Source: Sumerlaeia bacterium (GTDB lineage Bacteria; Sumerlaeota; Sumerlaeia; SLMS01; JAHLLQ01). From it: a stretch of DNA of 64,000 bases. Below are positions 27,784-37,532 of this stretch, in pieces. The first letter of the stretch is position 1, and every line of letters begins with the position of its first letter. Location: the NCBI GenBank assembly GCA_040219255.1, contig JAVJSW010000007.1, positions 1 through 64,000 of the forward strand. The letters run 5' to 3'. Position numbers and translations under genes: made by a program. The notes under the pieces were generated by a model. That model did not search any database. It was not told where the DNA came from and worked only from the letters and a program-made list of their open reading frames with translations.

Positions 27784-30700
27784 TTACTCCGTAATCGTCA
27801 CCACAATGCCTTCGCGCCAGATCTTGGCTTCCGGCGTATAGTACAGGTACGTGCGGCTGGCCGGTCCGGTGGTGGTACCGGGGGTCGTGGCGGTGGCGCT
27901 GATGGGGATTTCGACGCTCGCATTGGGCGCCATGTCGCGCCAGTACAGCACCACGTCTCGCCCGCGCAGTTCATAGGCGGCGAAGCGGCCTTCGTCGCGC
28001 AACTCCTGCAGGCGCTCGATGCGCGGTTCCAGGCCGCCCGGCATGCCGACGATGGCCATCGTCATGGGCTGGCCTTTGTCCGCCGTGTTCGTCACGACAG
28101 CGGTGATCTCCGTGGTCTCGCCGACGGCGAGCGTCTTATCCGCGATTTCCGTCACGAGATCGATGGGGCAATCGCCCGAGTTCTCCGGCGTGTCGGCGTG
28201 GAAGCCAATCTCGATGGCGTAGGGCATCGCCGAACCACCGTCCATTTCCAGCGTGATCGTGTGAGCGCCGGGGCTGAGAAGGCCCGCGATGTCCGGCAGG
28301 AGCAGGGGTTTCTCGGCGCCGGCTTCGAAGCTCACTTCGCCGATCGGGTTGCCGTCGGCGATCAGGCGGATGGTGCCGGGGGCGTCGGGCTTGGCGCGGG
28401 CGGTGTCGTAGGCGATGATGGCCTTGAGGGCCAGCACCGTGCCCTGCGTCGAACCGAAGCTGCCGCCTTCGCACTGCTCGGCGATCCACTTCATGGCTTT
28501 CTCGACGTTGGCGGCATAGGCCGGGTCGTCGAGCCAGGCGAGCACGGCCAGCGAAGTCGTCTCCATGGTGCGAGAGATGCCGCCGCTCATGGTGATGGTG
28601 GCGTCGGCGCCGGTCACCGCGCCATCCTTGTCCTGCATCGCAGCGAGGCGCTGCATCAGGGGCTTGGCGTCGGCGGAGCGGCCGGCGTTCTGGAGCGAAT
28701 CCGCCACCAGCGCGACGATGTAGGGATCGCCGGTGGTGCGGGCGCGTTCGATGGCCTTCTGCAGTTCGGTCTCGAAATCGGCGGCGGGGCGGCCGGTGCC
28801 GGTCAGGCACCAGGTGATGTAGGCGTCGGTGTGTTCCTCGGGGGCGCGGCCAAAGCTATCCAGGGCCTTGGGATCGCGCTTGAATCCGCCCTGGCCGTCG
28901 CGACGGCTCAGCAGCCAATCGGCCGTGCGGTCGATCAACGCCGGGTCCACCGGGTAAACCTGCGCCATGTCCACGAATTCCATCAGGCCATAGGCCGTCA
29001 GAGCCTCGTGCGGCGGGGTGCTGCCAAACCACTCGAAACCGTCTTCCTTGGTCTCGAAACTGACGAGGCGCTTGTAGCCAGCGTCGAGCTTCTCGCGCGC
29101 TTCCTTCAGCAGGGCCGGGTCGGCGCCGGCATGGGATTCCAGGTACTGGCAAACCATCACCAGCGGATAGTTGGTCGAAGAGGTTTGCTCGAAGCAGCCG
29201 TAGGGATCGCGGATCAGGGCTTCCAGGGCGCTCGTCATGTTGGCCAGCGGGCTCGGATAGGCCTCGATCTTGGCCTTCACGGTGCCGTCGAGAACACTCG
29301 CCGGGATCGTGATCGTGTGGGTCGATTTGCCGTTCAGGAGTCCGCCCTCGGCGATGGACACGGGGAAGCCGCGCGACGCGATGGGCATCATCTGGGTCAC
29401 CGAGTCCTTGTTCTCGCCGTCGCTGATGGTGACGAGGACTTCGGCCTCGCCGGGTTTGGCGGGGATCGTCACGGGCAGGTAGAAGGTGGCGCGTTCTCCG
29501 GCGGCGACGCGCACCGATTCGGGGACGTCCTCGCCTAGGTCGGCACCGGTGACACTGGCCGTGATGGCGACATCGCGGGCGGTGTCTTGTTCGTTGGCGA
29601 TGGTCACGGGGATGCGGATGGTGTCGCCGGCGGTGACTTCCAGCGGCGGACGCACGCGCAGGCTCAGCGGCCGGCGGCTCTCGATTTCCGCGTCGGAGGC
29701 GCCAATGGCGCCCTTGTCGCCATAGCCATCGGCCATCACGCGGAAGGTGGTGATGGAATCGCTGAGGTCGAACTCGACGGTGGCTTCGCCGTTCGCGTCG
29801 GTGCGCAGACCGGCGTTCCAGTAAACGGTCTCGGCGAAATCGGTTCGGTCGTCGGGCAGGCGGTTCTCGCGGGTCTTGTGGGCGTAAACGCGCACCGCTA
29901 CCACGCCGCTGCCACTGGGGTAGGGCTGGGCGATGCGGGAGGCCGCGAGCTGGCGGCGGCGCTCGGGCCCGGCGAAGTCTTCATCGAACAGGGCCGCTTC
30001 CCGGGCGAGGGCGGGTTCAGCCATGTCCTGGGCGAAAGCCTCATCCTTCTTCTCGGCAATGGCCCGCGGTTCCTCGGGGGCCTCGGCAGCCAGTTCCATG
30101 AACGGATCCATGCCGTCGTCCATGCCGAGGGCCTCGTTCTCCTCTTGCACCATTCCCTCCGCCGCGAAAGGCGCGGCCTGGGCCGCCATGGGCTGAGGCG
30201 GAACGGCCCCGGCGGCTCCCACCGCCATCGCGTCCAGGCGCATTTCCATCCGGCCGGATTTTGGATAATACACCCGCTGCTCCCTCATCGCCAGCGCCCG
30301 CTTCGCCGCGTCGCCGTGGTTCGAGAGGAACTGATCGACGTTCACGTAAGCGAAGCGCCGCCAGCCCTGTGTGCCCAGCAACAGATCCAGCGCCTGCGGG
30401 GCCTCCTCCGAATCGGAGAGGTACACCTGCGCGTCGGCCAAGTCCTCGACTTCGTTTTCCAGAAACACCATCGCGGGCAGGCGAGGCGCCTTCTGGCGGT
30501 CCTCCACCATCTCCAGCGTCCCGTCGTCCGTCACCGTCAGGCCGACCGTCGCGGGCAGAGGTTTGCCGTTCTGATCCGTGGTGGTGACCTTCAGCGAAAC
30601 CTTCGACGCGGGGGTTTTCGCGGTGTTGTCCGGGGTGACATTGATCACGAGGCGGCGCTCCGGTTCGACGAAGACGAGGCGTTCGGCGAGCGGCAGCTCT

Positions 30701-32010
30701 GAGCCTTGGCCCCGGGTCATCACGGTGGCGCGCAGCACGCCGCTGACGCCGTCGGGCACCTGGAGACGCACCGTCTGCGGGCGGTCCGGGGTCAGCGTGA
30801 AGCCTTGCGCGGCGAGGCGTTTCTCGCGCTGCGACAACACGATTTCCACGCTCTGATGATGGGCGCTGGCGACGTGCAGTTCCACCGGCTCGGCCGGGCC
30901 GTACTTTGTCTGCGTCGCGCGCAGGACAACGCCCTCGCGCTGCGCCACCGGCAGCTTCGCCGTGGTCGTCACGGTCCAGGGCTCGATGACGGCAAGGACG
31001 TACTCTTCGCCCGCCTTCGGCGTGAACGTGAACGTTCCTCGGCCCTCGTGTTCACTCTCGGCGCGGTCGATGACGATGCCGGAGGCGGTTCGCAATTCCG
31101 CCACGATGTCGGCGGGACGGCCGTTGGGGGCGGTGGCTTCGAAGTACACGCGGTTCTCGACGCCGCCGACCAGGTCGCCGCCTTCTGGAAAGACCTGAAG
31201 CGTGACGTGTTGCAGCAAAATCGGGATGGTCTTCGACGCCGATTCCACCCCGCCGTCGTCCACGCTGAAGGTCAGCGTACCATCGCCAAAAGCGATCGTT
31301 TCCGGCAGGTCAAACCGCGCGGTCACGATGCCGTTGGCGGGGACTTCCATTTGCGAGCGATGCACCTCGGTGCCATCGACGCGGGCGATCACGGTGACGG
31401 GCGCTCCGGCGGGCACTTCGCCCTCCGTGCGTTTGATATCCATGGTCGCCAGGACGCTGTCGCCGGGGCCGTAGCCCTCGCGGGCGAACTCGATCTGCGT
31501 GCGGAAGCGCTTGGCCCGGTAGGCGCGGATGTTGAACTCGCGCTCGACCGGCGCGTAGCCGCCCTGGGGAAAGCTCAGCTTGATGGTATAATCGCCGCCG
31601 TCCTGCGCCTTGGGGATCTCCCATTTGAAGCCATAGGCGCCGTTTTCCAGGTTCGCGCTGCCGCCCGCCACGACCGCGTCCAGCGGCGAGCGAACTTCGA
31701 CGAAAGCCTGCTGTTGCCACGCATTGTTTGGGTTTGACGCGACCGGCGCGTGACTGAACGCGTCCAGCAGCACGCCGCGAATATAGACGGTTTCGCCCGG
31801 TTTGTAGATCGGCTTGTCCGTGGAAAGATGGGCCGTGGCGCGGTCTTCGCCGCCCAGCTTCTCGCTTAGCGAGTCGCCATTCTTCTGGGGTTTCTGGGGG
31901 TTATTCTGGGTCAACGCGGTACTCGCCAGCGAAAGGGTCAGGGCGCCGCCAAACGCCAGGGACGCCCACCGCCACGCCGCCCGGGGGCGGGGGGATTGCT
32001 TGCCTGCCAT
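27784..32010 (-). CDS. Alpha-2-macroglobulin/thioester-containing protein
   Basis: TDKPIYKPGE (MG domain), RTDFAETVYWN, LSDSITTFRV, thioester PYGCFEQ, GFEWFG...HEALTAY and FGSTQGT; SD GGAGGA before ATG 32010. Confidence 0.92.
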   Translation of the reverse strand: MAGKQSPRPRAAWRWASLAFGGALTLSLASTALTQNNPQKPQKNGDSLSEKLGGEDRATAHLSTDKPIYKPGETVYIRGVLLDAFSHAPVASNPNNAWQQQAFVEVRSPLDAVVAGGSANLENGAYGFKWEIPKAQDGGDYTIKLSFPQGGYAPVEREFNIRAYRAKRFRTQIEFAREGYGPGDSVLATMDIKRTEGEVPAGAPVTVIARVDGTEVHRSQMEVPANGIVTARFDLPETIAFGDGTLTFSVDDGGVESASKTIPILLQHVTLQVFPEGGDLVGGVENRVYFEATAPNGRPADIVAELRTASGIVIDRAESEHEGRGTFTFTPKAGEEYVLAVIEPWTVTTTAKLPVAQREGVVLRATQTKYGPAEPVELHVASAHHQSVEIVLSQREKRLAAQGFTLTPDRPQTVRLQVPDGVSGVLRATVMTRGQGSELPLAERLVFVEPERRLVINVTPDNTAKTPASKVSLKVTTTDQNGKPLPATVGLTVTDDGTLEMVEDRQKAPRLPAMVFLENEVEDLADAQVYLSDSEEAPQALDLLLGTQGWRRFAYVNVDQFLSNHGDAAKRALAMREQRVYYPKSGRMEMRLDAMAVGAAGAVPPQPMAAQAAPFAAEGMVQEENEALGMDDGMDPFMELAAEAPEEPRAIAEKKDEAFAQDMAEPALAREAALFDEDFAGPERRRQLAASRIAQPYPSGSGVVAVRVYAHKTRENRLPDDRTDFAETVYWNAGLRTDANGEATVEFDLSDSITTFRVMADGYGDKGAIGASDAEIESRRPLSLRVRPPLEVTAGDTIRIPVTIANEQDTARDVAITASVTGADLGEDVPESVRVAAGERATFYLPVTIPAKPGEAEVLVTISDGENKDSVTQMMPIASRGFPVSIAEGGLLNGKSTHTITIPASVLDGTVKAKIEAYPSPLANMTSALEALIRDPYGCFEQTSSTNYPLVMVCQYLESHAGADPALLKEAREKLDAGYKRLVSFETKEDGFEWFGSTPPHEALTAYGLMEFVDMAQVYPVDPALIDRTADWLLSRRDGQGGFKRDPKALDSFGRAPEEHTDAYITWCLTGTGRPAADFETELQKAIERARTTGDPYIVALVADSLQNAGRSADAKPLMQRLAAMQDKDGAVTGADATITMSGGISRTMETTSLAVLAWLDDPAYAANVEKAMKWIAEQCEGGSFGSTQGTVLALKAIIAYDTARAKPDAPGTIRLIADGNPIGEVSFEAGAEKPLLLPDIAGLLSPGAHTITLEMDGGSAMPYAIEIGFHADTPENSGDCPIDLVTEIADKTLAVGETTEITAVVTNTADKGQPMTMAIVGMPGGLEPRIERLQELRDEGRFAAYELRGRDVVLYWRDMAPNASVEIPISATATTPGTTTGPASRTYLYYTPEAKIWREGIVVTITE

Positions 32011-32259
32011 GATGATGTCCTCCGAGAGGGAACTCAATTGGTGATGTTGCGATCGCTTGCGGAGAGACAAGACAGGGGGAGCGGGGGTTTTGTTCCGGCG
32101 ATTTCGCCGCGCCACGGACGGCATGGGCGCTGGAAAGCCATGGAAGGGCAAATGGTCACGGATGAGCGGAGATGGAGTTCCGGATAAGCTGAATTCCCAC
32201 CCCCACGAACTCGAGAAACGGAGTCGTGCTAAGCCCCCTCGGGAGATTCCTCCGCTGTC

Positions 32260-35200
32260 CTAAGCCACGCCGCTGACGGTTTTTTGGGCGGTCTTGAGAG
32301 CTTCGACGATTTCCTCGGCTTTCGACCAGCGGTCGTTCTTGTCTTTGGCGAGGCACTTGGCGATGATTTCCCAGAGTTCGTCCGGGCAGCCCTCCGGGCG
32401 GTCCGGATCCCGGTGGATGTGTTGGTAGGCCAGATCGCCTTCGGTGAAGGGCGGTTTGCCGTTCACGAATTCGTAGAGCATGATGCCAAAGGCGTAGATG
32501 TCGGCGCGGTTGTCGACGGGGATGCCCTGCACCTGCTCGGGGCTCATGTAGAGCGGCGTGCCGATGACGGCGCCCATCATGGTGCCTTCGCCGGTCTGGT
32601 CCAGCATCTTGGCGATACCGAAGTCCGTGATCTTCACCTCGCCGCCGCTGGTCAGCATAATGTTGGCGGGCTTGATGTCGCGGTGGACGATTTGCAGGCG
32701 GTGGGCGTAGCCGAGCGCGTCGGCGATGGCGATGCCATAGCGGAAGGTCGTCTTCAGGTCGAGTTTGCCTTCCGTGCGGATCTTCTTCTTGATGTCGCTG
32801 CCGTCCACATACTCCATCGAGATGTACTTGCGGCCCATTTCTTCGCCGATGTCGTGGATGCGGACGATGTTCGGGTGGCTGAGTTTGCGGGCGTTGCGCG
32901 CTTCGATCTTGAATCGCCGGACCGCTTCCGGGTTGTTCGACATGGCGTCCGGCAGGATCTTGAGGGCCACGACTTCTTCGAGTTCCTTGTCCTTGGCGCG
33001 GTACACGATGCCCATGGCGCCGCGGCCCAGTTCGTCCTGCAATTCATAGCGCCGCTGGGCGCTCTCGCTCATCGCGTCCACCATACTCGTTTTGTCGTAG
33101 GCCGCCGTAAAGGCCATCGGGTTGCTGGTCGTGCCGGAAAGCATTTCAAAGCGCTGGCGCACGTCCTTATAGTCGATGTCGGCGGCGAAGAGTTGCCGGT
33201 ACACCGTCTTGGCGCCCACCAGGTCCTTCTTCGTTTCGTAGCGCTGCGCCAGGTCGTAGAGGATCTCCTTGGTCTCTTCGTCGACGACCAGCTTCTTGAA
33301 CTCTTGCAGGGCGAGATCGAGCATGCCCTTGGCCATGAAGCACTTGCCGAGCATCTTGGTCGATTCCGCTTCCCAGCGGTAATCCTGCGCCGTCTTCTGG
33401 AAGCAGCCAATGGCCTTGTCGTGATCCTGATTGAGGAAGTGAATCTTGCCGACGGCGAAGCGCACCTCCGAGTCTTCCTTCTCCTCCAGGATGCGCTCGT
33501 AGGTTTTCACCAGGGCGGCCACCACCTCGGCGCTGCTAGGCTGCAACTTGTAGGCTTCTTCCAGCACCTGCTTGCTGGCCTTCCACTGCTTGGCGTCGGC
33601 CAGCATGCGGCCCTTCATGGTCATGGCGGGGACGTTCTTCTGATCGCGCTGCAGGATTTGATCGAGGGCCCGCAGGACCGGATTTCCGAAGCTGTTCGGG
33701 CTGGCTTCGTAGACGGCGCCGAAGTGTTCGAGGGCTTCCCGGAAACGGCCCGATTCGACAAGCACTTCGCAGAGAAGCCAGCGCACCTGGGCCTCGCGCG
33801 GCTTCTGCGCCAGCACTTCCTGCAGATGCCGCACCAGGGTCTCCTCGCCCCCCTTGGGCAGGGCCTTCATGGCCGCCTTATAGCTCTCGACTGCCCGCTC
33901 CGCGTCGCCCTTCTCGACAAAGCAGCGCCCCAAAGCCATTTGGATGTCCGAATTGCCCGCTTCCGCCGTCGCGGCCCGGCGGTAGATATCTTCCGCCTCG
34001 GCGTCGGTGCGCGCTTTCTGGGCGAAGGCCGTCCCCAGCAGCACCAGCGCTTCCTTGTCGTTGGGATTGCGCGACAGGATCGCCGTGTATTCGTCGACAG
34101 CCTGATCGATTTTGTTGTCGTAGAGGTTGGCCATCGCGATCAGGCGGTTGAGTTCCTCGTCGCCGGGCGAAGTCTGCAACAGCCGCTTGGCCAGAATCGT
34201 CGCGTCCTGATAGCGATTCGCTTTCATGTACGCATTGGCCAGGCGTAGGCCGATCGCTTTGTCATCGGGCTGCATCTTCATGTGGGATTCGTAAACCGGA
34301 ATCGACTCGACGGTATCGCGGCTTTCCGAAGCGTGGATGCGGGCGAGACCGGCGACGAATTCCGGCTTCCCGGGCTCCATCCTCAGCGCGTCGCGAAAGA
34401 CTTTCTCGACGCGCGGTTCGTAAACGCCTTTGGCCACATACGAGGAGGCCAACTGAGCGTTGAGCATCGGGTCGCCCTGGCCGAGGCCATTGAGCGCTTC
34501 CACAGCGCGGACGGTCATGTCGTGGTTGCGGGTCAGCCGGGCCGTCTGCGCGAGCGCCCGCAGCGTCGGCACGTCCGAGGGATTTTCCTCGTAGCTGGCG
34601 TTGTAGACTTCGACCGCTTCCTGATCGTAGCGGCCGGCCTGGAAATAAGAGCCGGCCAGCATGCGGAGGATCTCGCGGTCGTTCCTGTTGAACTTGAGCG
34701 CGTGCCGGTACGCCGACAGCGCTTCCTCGTCGGTCCGTTCCTGGCGCAGGTAGCAATAGGCCAGCAGCCCGACCGCGCCCTCGTCTTCCGGCTGCACGCG
34801 CAGCGCGCTCTTCACGTTGTCGATGGCCTGCCCGATTTCACCCTTCTGCAGTTCGACGAGCGCGAGATGCCGATAGGCCGAGACATTCGAACTGTTGCCT
34901 TCGAGAACCGTCAGGCACAGCGACTCCACCTCTGGGTCGGTGCGCTTGGCGTCGATGCACGACTCGAGATAAGCCTCCAGGTAACGCTGATCGTCCTGGC
35001 GGGTCGGATAGACGTGTTTGTAAACCGGCAGGGCCTTGGCCGACGTGTTCCCCGTGGCGAGGTACACATCGCAGAGGGCGTTGTAGGCTTCGTCGCGTGT
35101 GTAGCCGCCGCGCAGCGCCGCGCGCAGACGCTTGCCGGCGCCCTGGAAATCGCCCTGCCCCTTGAGACACAGGCCGATCGCGTACTCCAGCACGGGCGGT

Positions 35201-37125
35201 TCGGAGAAATCGCTGCGGAGCGCCTTCTCGTAAATGTCCTGCGCTTTGCTGTCGATCTTGCCGGCTTGCATTAGACTGCGGGCGTAGGCGTGCAGGATCG
35301 CCTTGGCCTCCGGGTCTTTCTCGTACACCCGGCCGTACACGGGGACCGACTCCGCCGCGTGATAGCGCTGGCTCACATAGACCGTGGCGAGTGACTCGGC
35401 CACCTTGTCGTTCTTCGGCACTTTCGAATACAGCTTCTCATAGAGCCCCCGGGCCTCTTCCATGCGCCCCTGCGCCACCGCCTGCCGCGCCTTCGTCTCC
35501 AACTGCCGCAGCATCATCAGGCGAATGATCAGATAGGCCGTGAAGCCCAGAATCGCCAGCGCCAGCAGCGCGATGCCCAGGATGGTCCACAGGTGCTTGC
35601 GGATTTTCAGAGACCGTACCTGGGACTGGTACTCGGCGTTCAGCGGATCGAAACTTCGCAGCCATGCCGCCGCCGTGATCGCCGCGTCCCACTCGCCTTC
35701 CGCCTTCGCCAATTCCACTTCCTGCTGCTTGTTGGCCACTTCGTTGAAGAGCGCGTTGCGCCGCTGCTGCTCGAGATCGAAGAACCGGTAATCGAATCGC
35801 AGCGTGCGCTCGAAATTGCCGCCCCGCGTCATCCAGGGGCTGTAGGTCCGATTGGTCACCGCCGAACTCGAGAAATCCACAAAGTCCAGCCGCCCGTTGG
35901 CCGAAAGAGCCACAAGCCGGGCCATGTCGTCCCCCTCCCCCAGGTGTATCGCCGCCATCGTGTTCGCCGGGCTTTCCGCCAACTCCACCGACTCGAAATT
36001 CTCCGACGCGTAACCGCCGAACCACTTGTCGGTGGACATCAGGCAAAGCTGGCGCCCGATGCCGAAGGCTAGCCGCGGATAGCCGACGCTGCTGGGAATC
36101 AGGGTCAACTGGGTGCTGATGCCGCTGAACTCCCGCGAACTGGGATTCATCTGCTGGCTGGTATCGCGGGGGTTGATCGCCTTCAAGGTGTTCTTGGTGG
36201 CGACGAAGATGAGTTGGTCGTTGCTGTTGGGGAAGGTCGCCAGCACCGGATCGGAGACCGGATCGGCGCCCAGGCTCACTTCCCAGAGACGGTCGATCTT
36301 GCGCGTACCCGAATACGTCACCGCCCGCATCGTGCCGCCGTCGAAGACCAGCACGATGTCGTCGCGCCGGTCGCCGTTCAGGTCCATCAGCAACGGAATG
36401 CCCGTGATGCGTAGACTTTCCTTCACCGTCAGTTTTTCCGCTTCGCCCGTTTCCGTGTTCAGGATCACGATGTCGCCGTTGCCCGTGGGAAAGACCACCT
36501 CGCGGGCGTTGGCGTTGCGCACGCTGCCCACCGCCGCCGGGGCGCTGAAGGACGTGTTGGCTTGATAGGCGGGGAAGGCCTCGTTCACCGTCCATTCGCC
36601 GGGTTGAGGACTTTCCGCCTTCAGTCCGAAAATCGTTCCGCTCTGGTCGGCGACGATCAGCAGATCGGGCTCGCCGGGCTGGCCCGAGAGCACCGTCGTC
36701 GGCAGAAGAGCGAAGGGGTTGCTCGAAATGGGTTTGTCGACGAGGACTTCGAGCGTGCCGCCATCGAAGATGCGCACCCGCCCCTCGTTATCCCCCACCG
36801 CCAGGTCGAGTGAGTCGTCACCCAGGAAATTGCCGGCGATGGGCCCCGTCAGAGGTATGCCGACGCTGGCCTGGGCCAGGGCGTCGCCGTTCAAGCCGCT
36901 GAGAATGAGAACGTTGCCCTGCGTGTCGGTGGCGGCGATTTCCGGGGTGGAATCGTTAAAGAGATCCGCGGCCAGCAAGGTGTTGGGAGTGGGCTGGAGT
37001 TCGGTGGCCTTGGCGACCGACTTGTCGAGGAGTTCCTGCGCCCGGGCCGCGGAGGTCCCCGCCAGGGCCAAAGCGAGAGCCGCGGCCGCGGCCAGAGAGG
37101 CGCGTGAGTGTTTCGTTCGCAGCAT
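32260..37125 (-). CDS. Receptor-like Ser/Thr kinase: signal peptide, FG-GAP-like propeller, TM helix, TPR array, C-terminal Hanks kinase
   Basis: SAARA|QE; ADLFND..PEI, GNFLGDDSLDL and DLNGDRRDDIV repeats; TM LWTILGIALLALAILGFTAYLII; LGRGAMG, VALK, HRDIKPAN, DFG and GTPLYMSPEQ; start 37125 or 37158. Confidence 0.9.
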   Translation of the reverse strand: MLRTKHSRASLAAAAALALALAGTSAARAQELLDKSVAKATELQPTPNTLLAADLFNDSTPEIAATDTQGNVLILSGLNGDALAQASVGIPLTGPIAGNFLGDDSLDLAVGDNEGRVRIFDGGTLEVLVDKPISSNPFALLPTTVLSGQPGEPDLLIVADQSGTIFGLKAESPQPGEWTVNEAFPAYQANTSFSAPAAVGSVRNANAREVVFPTGNGDIVILNTETGEAEKLTVKESLRITGIPLLMDLNGDRRDDIVLVFDGGTMRAVTYSGTRKIDRLWEVSLGADPVSDPVLATFPNSNDQLIFVATKNTLKAINPRDTSQQMNPSSREFSGISTQLTLIPSSVGYPRLAFGIGRQLCLMSTDKWFGGYASENFESVELAESPANTMAAIHLGEGDDMARLVALSANGRLDFVDFSSSAVTNRTYSPWMTRGGNFERTLRFDYRFFDLEQQRRNALFNEVANKQQEVELAKAEGEWDAAITAAAWLRSFDPLNAEYQSQVRSLKIRKHLWTILGIALLALAILGFTAYLIIRLMMLRQLETKARQAVAQGRMEEARGLYEKLYSKVPKNDKVAESLATVYVSQRYHAAESVPVYGRVYEKDPEAKAILHAYARSLMQAGKIDSKAQDIYEKALRSDFSEPPVLEYAIGLCLKGQGDFQGAGKRLRAALRGGYTRDEAYNALCDVYLATGNTSAKALPVYKHVYPTRQDDQRYLEAYLESCIDAKRTDPEVESLCLTVLEGNSSNVSAYRHLALVELQKGEIGQAIDNVKSALRVQPEDEGAVGLLAYCYLRQERTDEEALSAYRHALKFNRNDREILRMLAGSYFQAGRYDQEAVEVYNASYEENPSDVPTLRALAQTARLTRNHDMTVRAVEALNGLGQGDPMLNAQLASSYVAKGVYEPRVEKVFRDALRMEPGKPEFVAGLARIHASESRDTVESIPVYESHMKMQPDDKAIGLRLANAYMKANRYQDATILAKRLLQTSPGDEELNRLIAMANLYDNKIDQAVDEYTAILSRNPNDKEALVLLGTAFAQKARTDAEAEDIYRRAATAEAGNSDIQMALGRCFVEKGDAERAVESYKAAMKALPKGGEETLVRHLQEVLAQKPREAQVRWLLCEVLVESGRFREALEHFGAVYEASPNSFGNPVLRALDQILQRDQKNVPAMTMKGRMLADAKQWKASKQVLEEAYKLQPSSAEVVAALVKTYERILEEKEDSEVRFAVGKIHFLNQDHDKAIGCFQKTAQDYRWEAESTKMLGKCFMAKGMLDLALQEFKKLVVDEETKEILYDLAQRYETKKDLVGAKTVYRQLFAADIDYKDVRQRFEMLSGTTSNPMAFTAAYDKTSMVDAMSESAQRRYELQDELGRGAMGIVYRAKDKELEEVVALKILPDAMSNNPEAVRRFKIEARNARKLSHPNIVRIHDIGEEMGRKYISMEYVDGSDIKKKIRTEGKLDLKTTFRYGIAIADALGYAHRLQIVHRDIKPANIMLTSGGEVKITDFGIAKMLDQTGEGTMMGAVIGTPLYMSPEQVQGIPVDNRADIYAFGIMLYEFVNGKPPFTEGDLAYQHIHRDPDRPEGCPDELWEIIAKCLAKDKNDRWSKAEEIVEALKTAQKTVSGVA

Positions 37126-37532
37126 CGGAAAAGCGGGCACGGTGGTCGTCTTCGGCATCGGATCGAATTCGTCTTGTACAGGGCGTTCTGGAGGTTCGTT
37201 CTTCGTTTCAGCCCACACGGAAGAAGGCAGGGCATCAACCGGGAATGGCTTCACTCGTCGAGATTTCCCGCGCGTAAAACAAGCCCGCGCCACTAAACGG
37301 CAGGCGGCGAAGGCGCGCAATCCGATTCCGGCCCCGGGCGAAGACTTTGGAACGAAACCTCACCGATGGGCCTGAGGGGACGGCGTAGCGAGGCCTTTAT
37401 CGTCATTGTCCTCCCAACTTTTCGAAAATGGTTGACTTATTGCGCCGTGCGAGCCCTTCATCATGCGCTTCTTTACAGAATCCTCGTAAAGAAGTCCCCA
37501 GAGTACACTCCCTCCCGATGGTTCCTTGCAAC

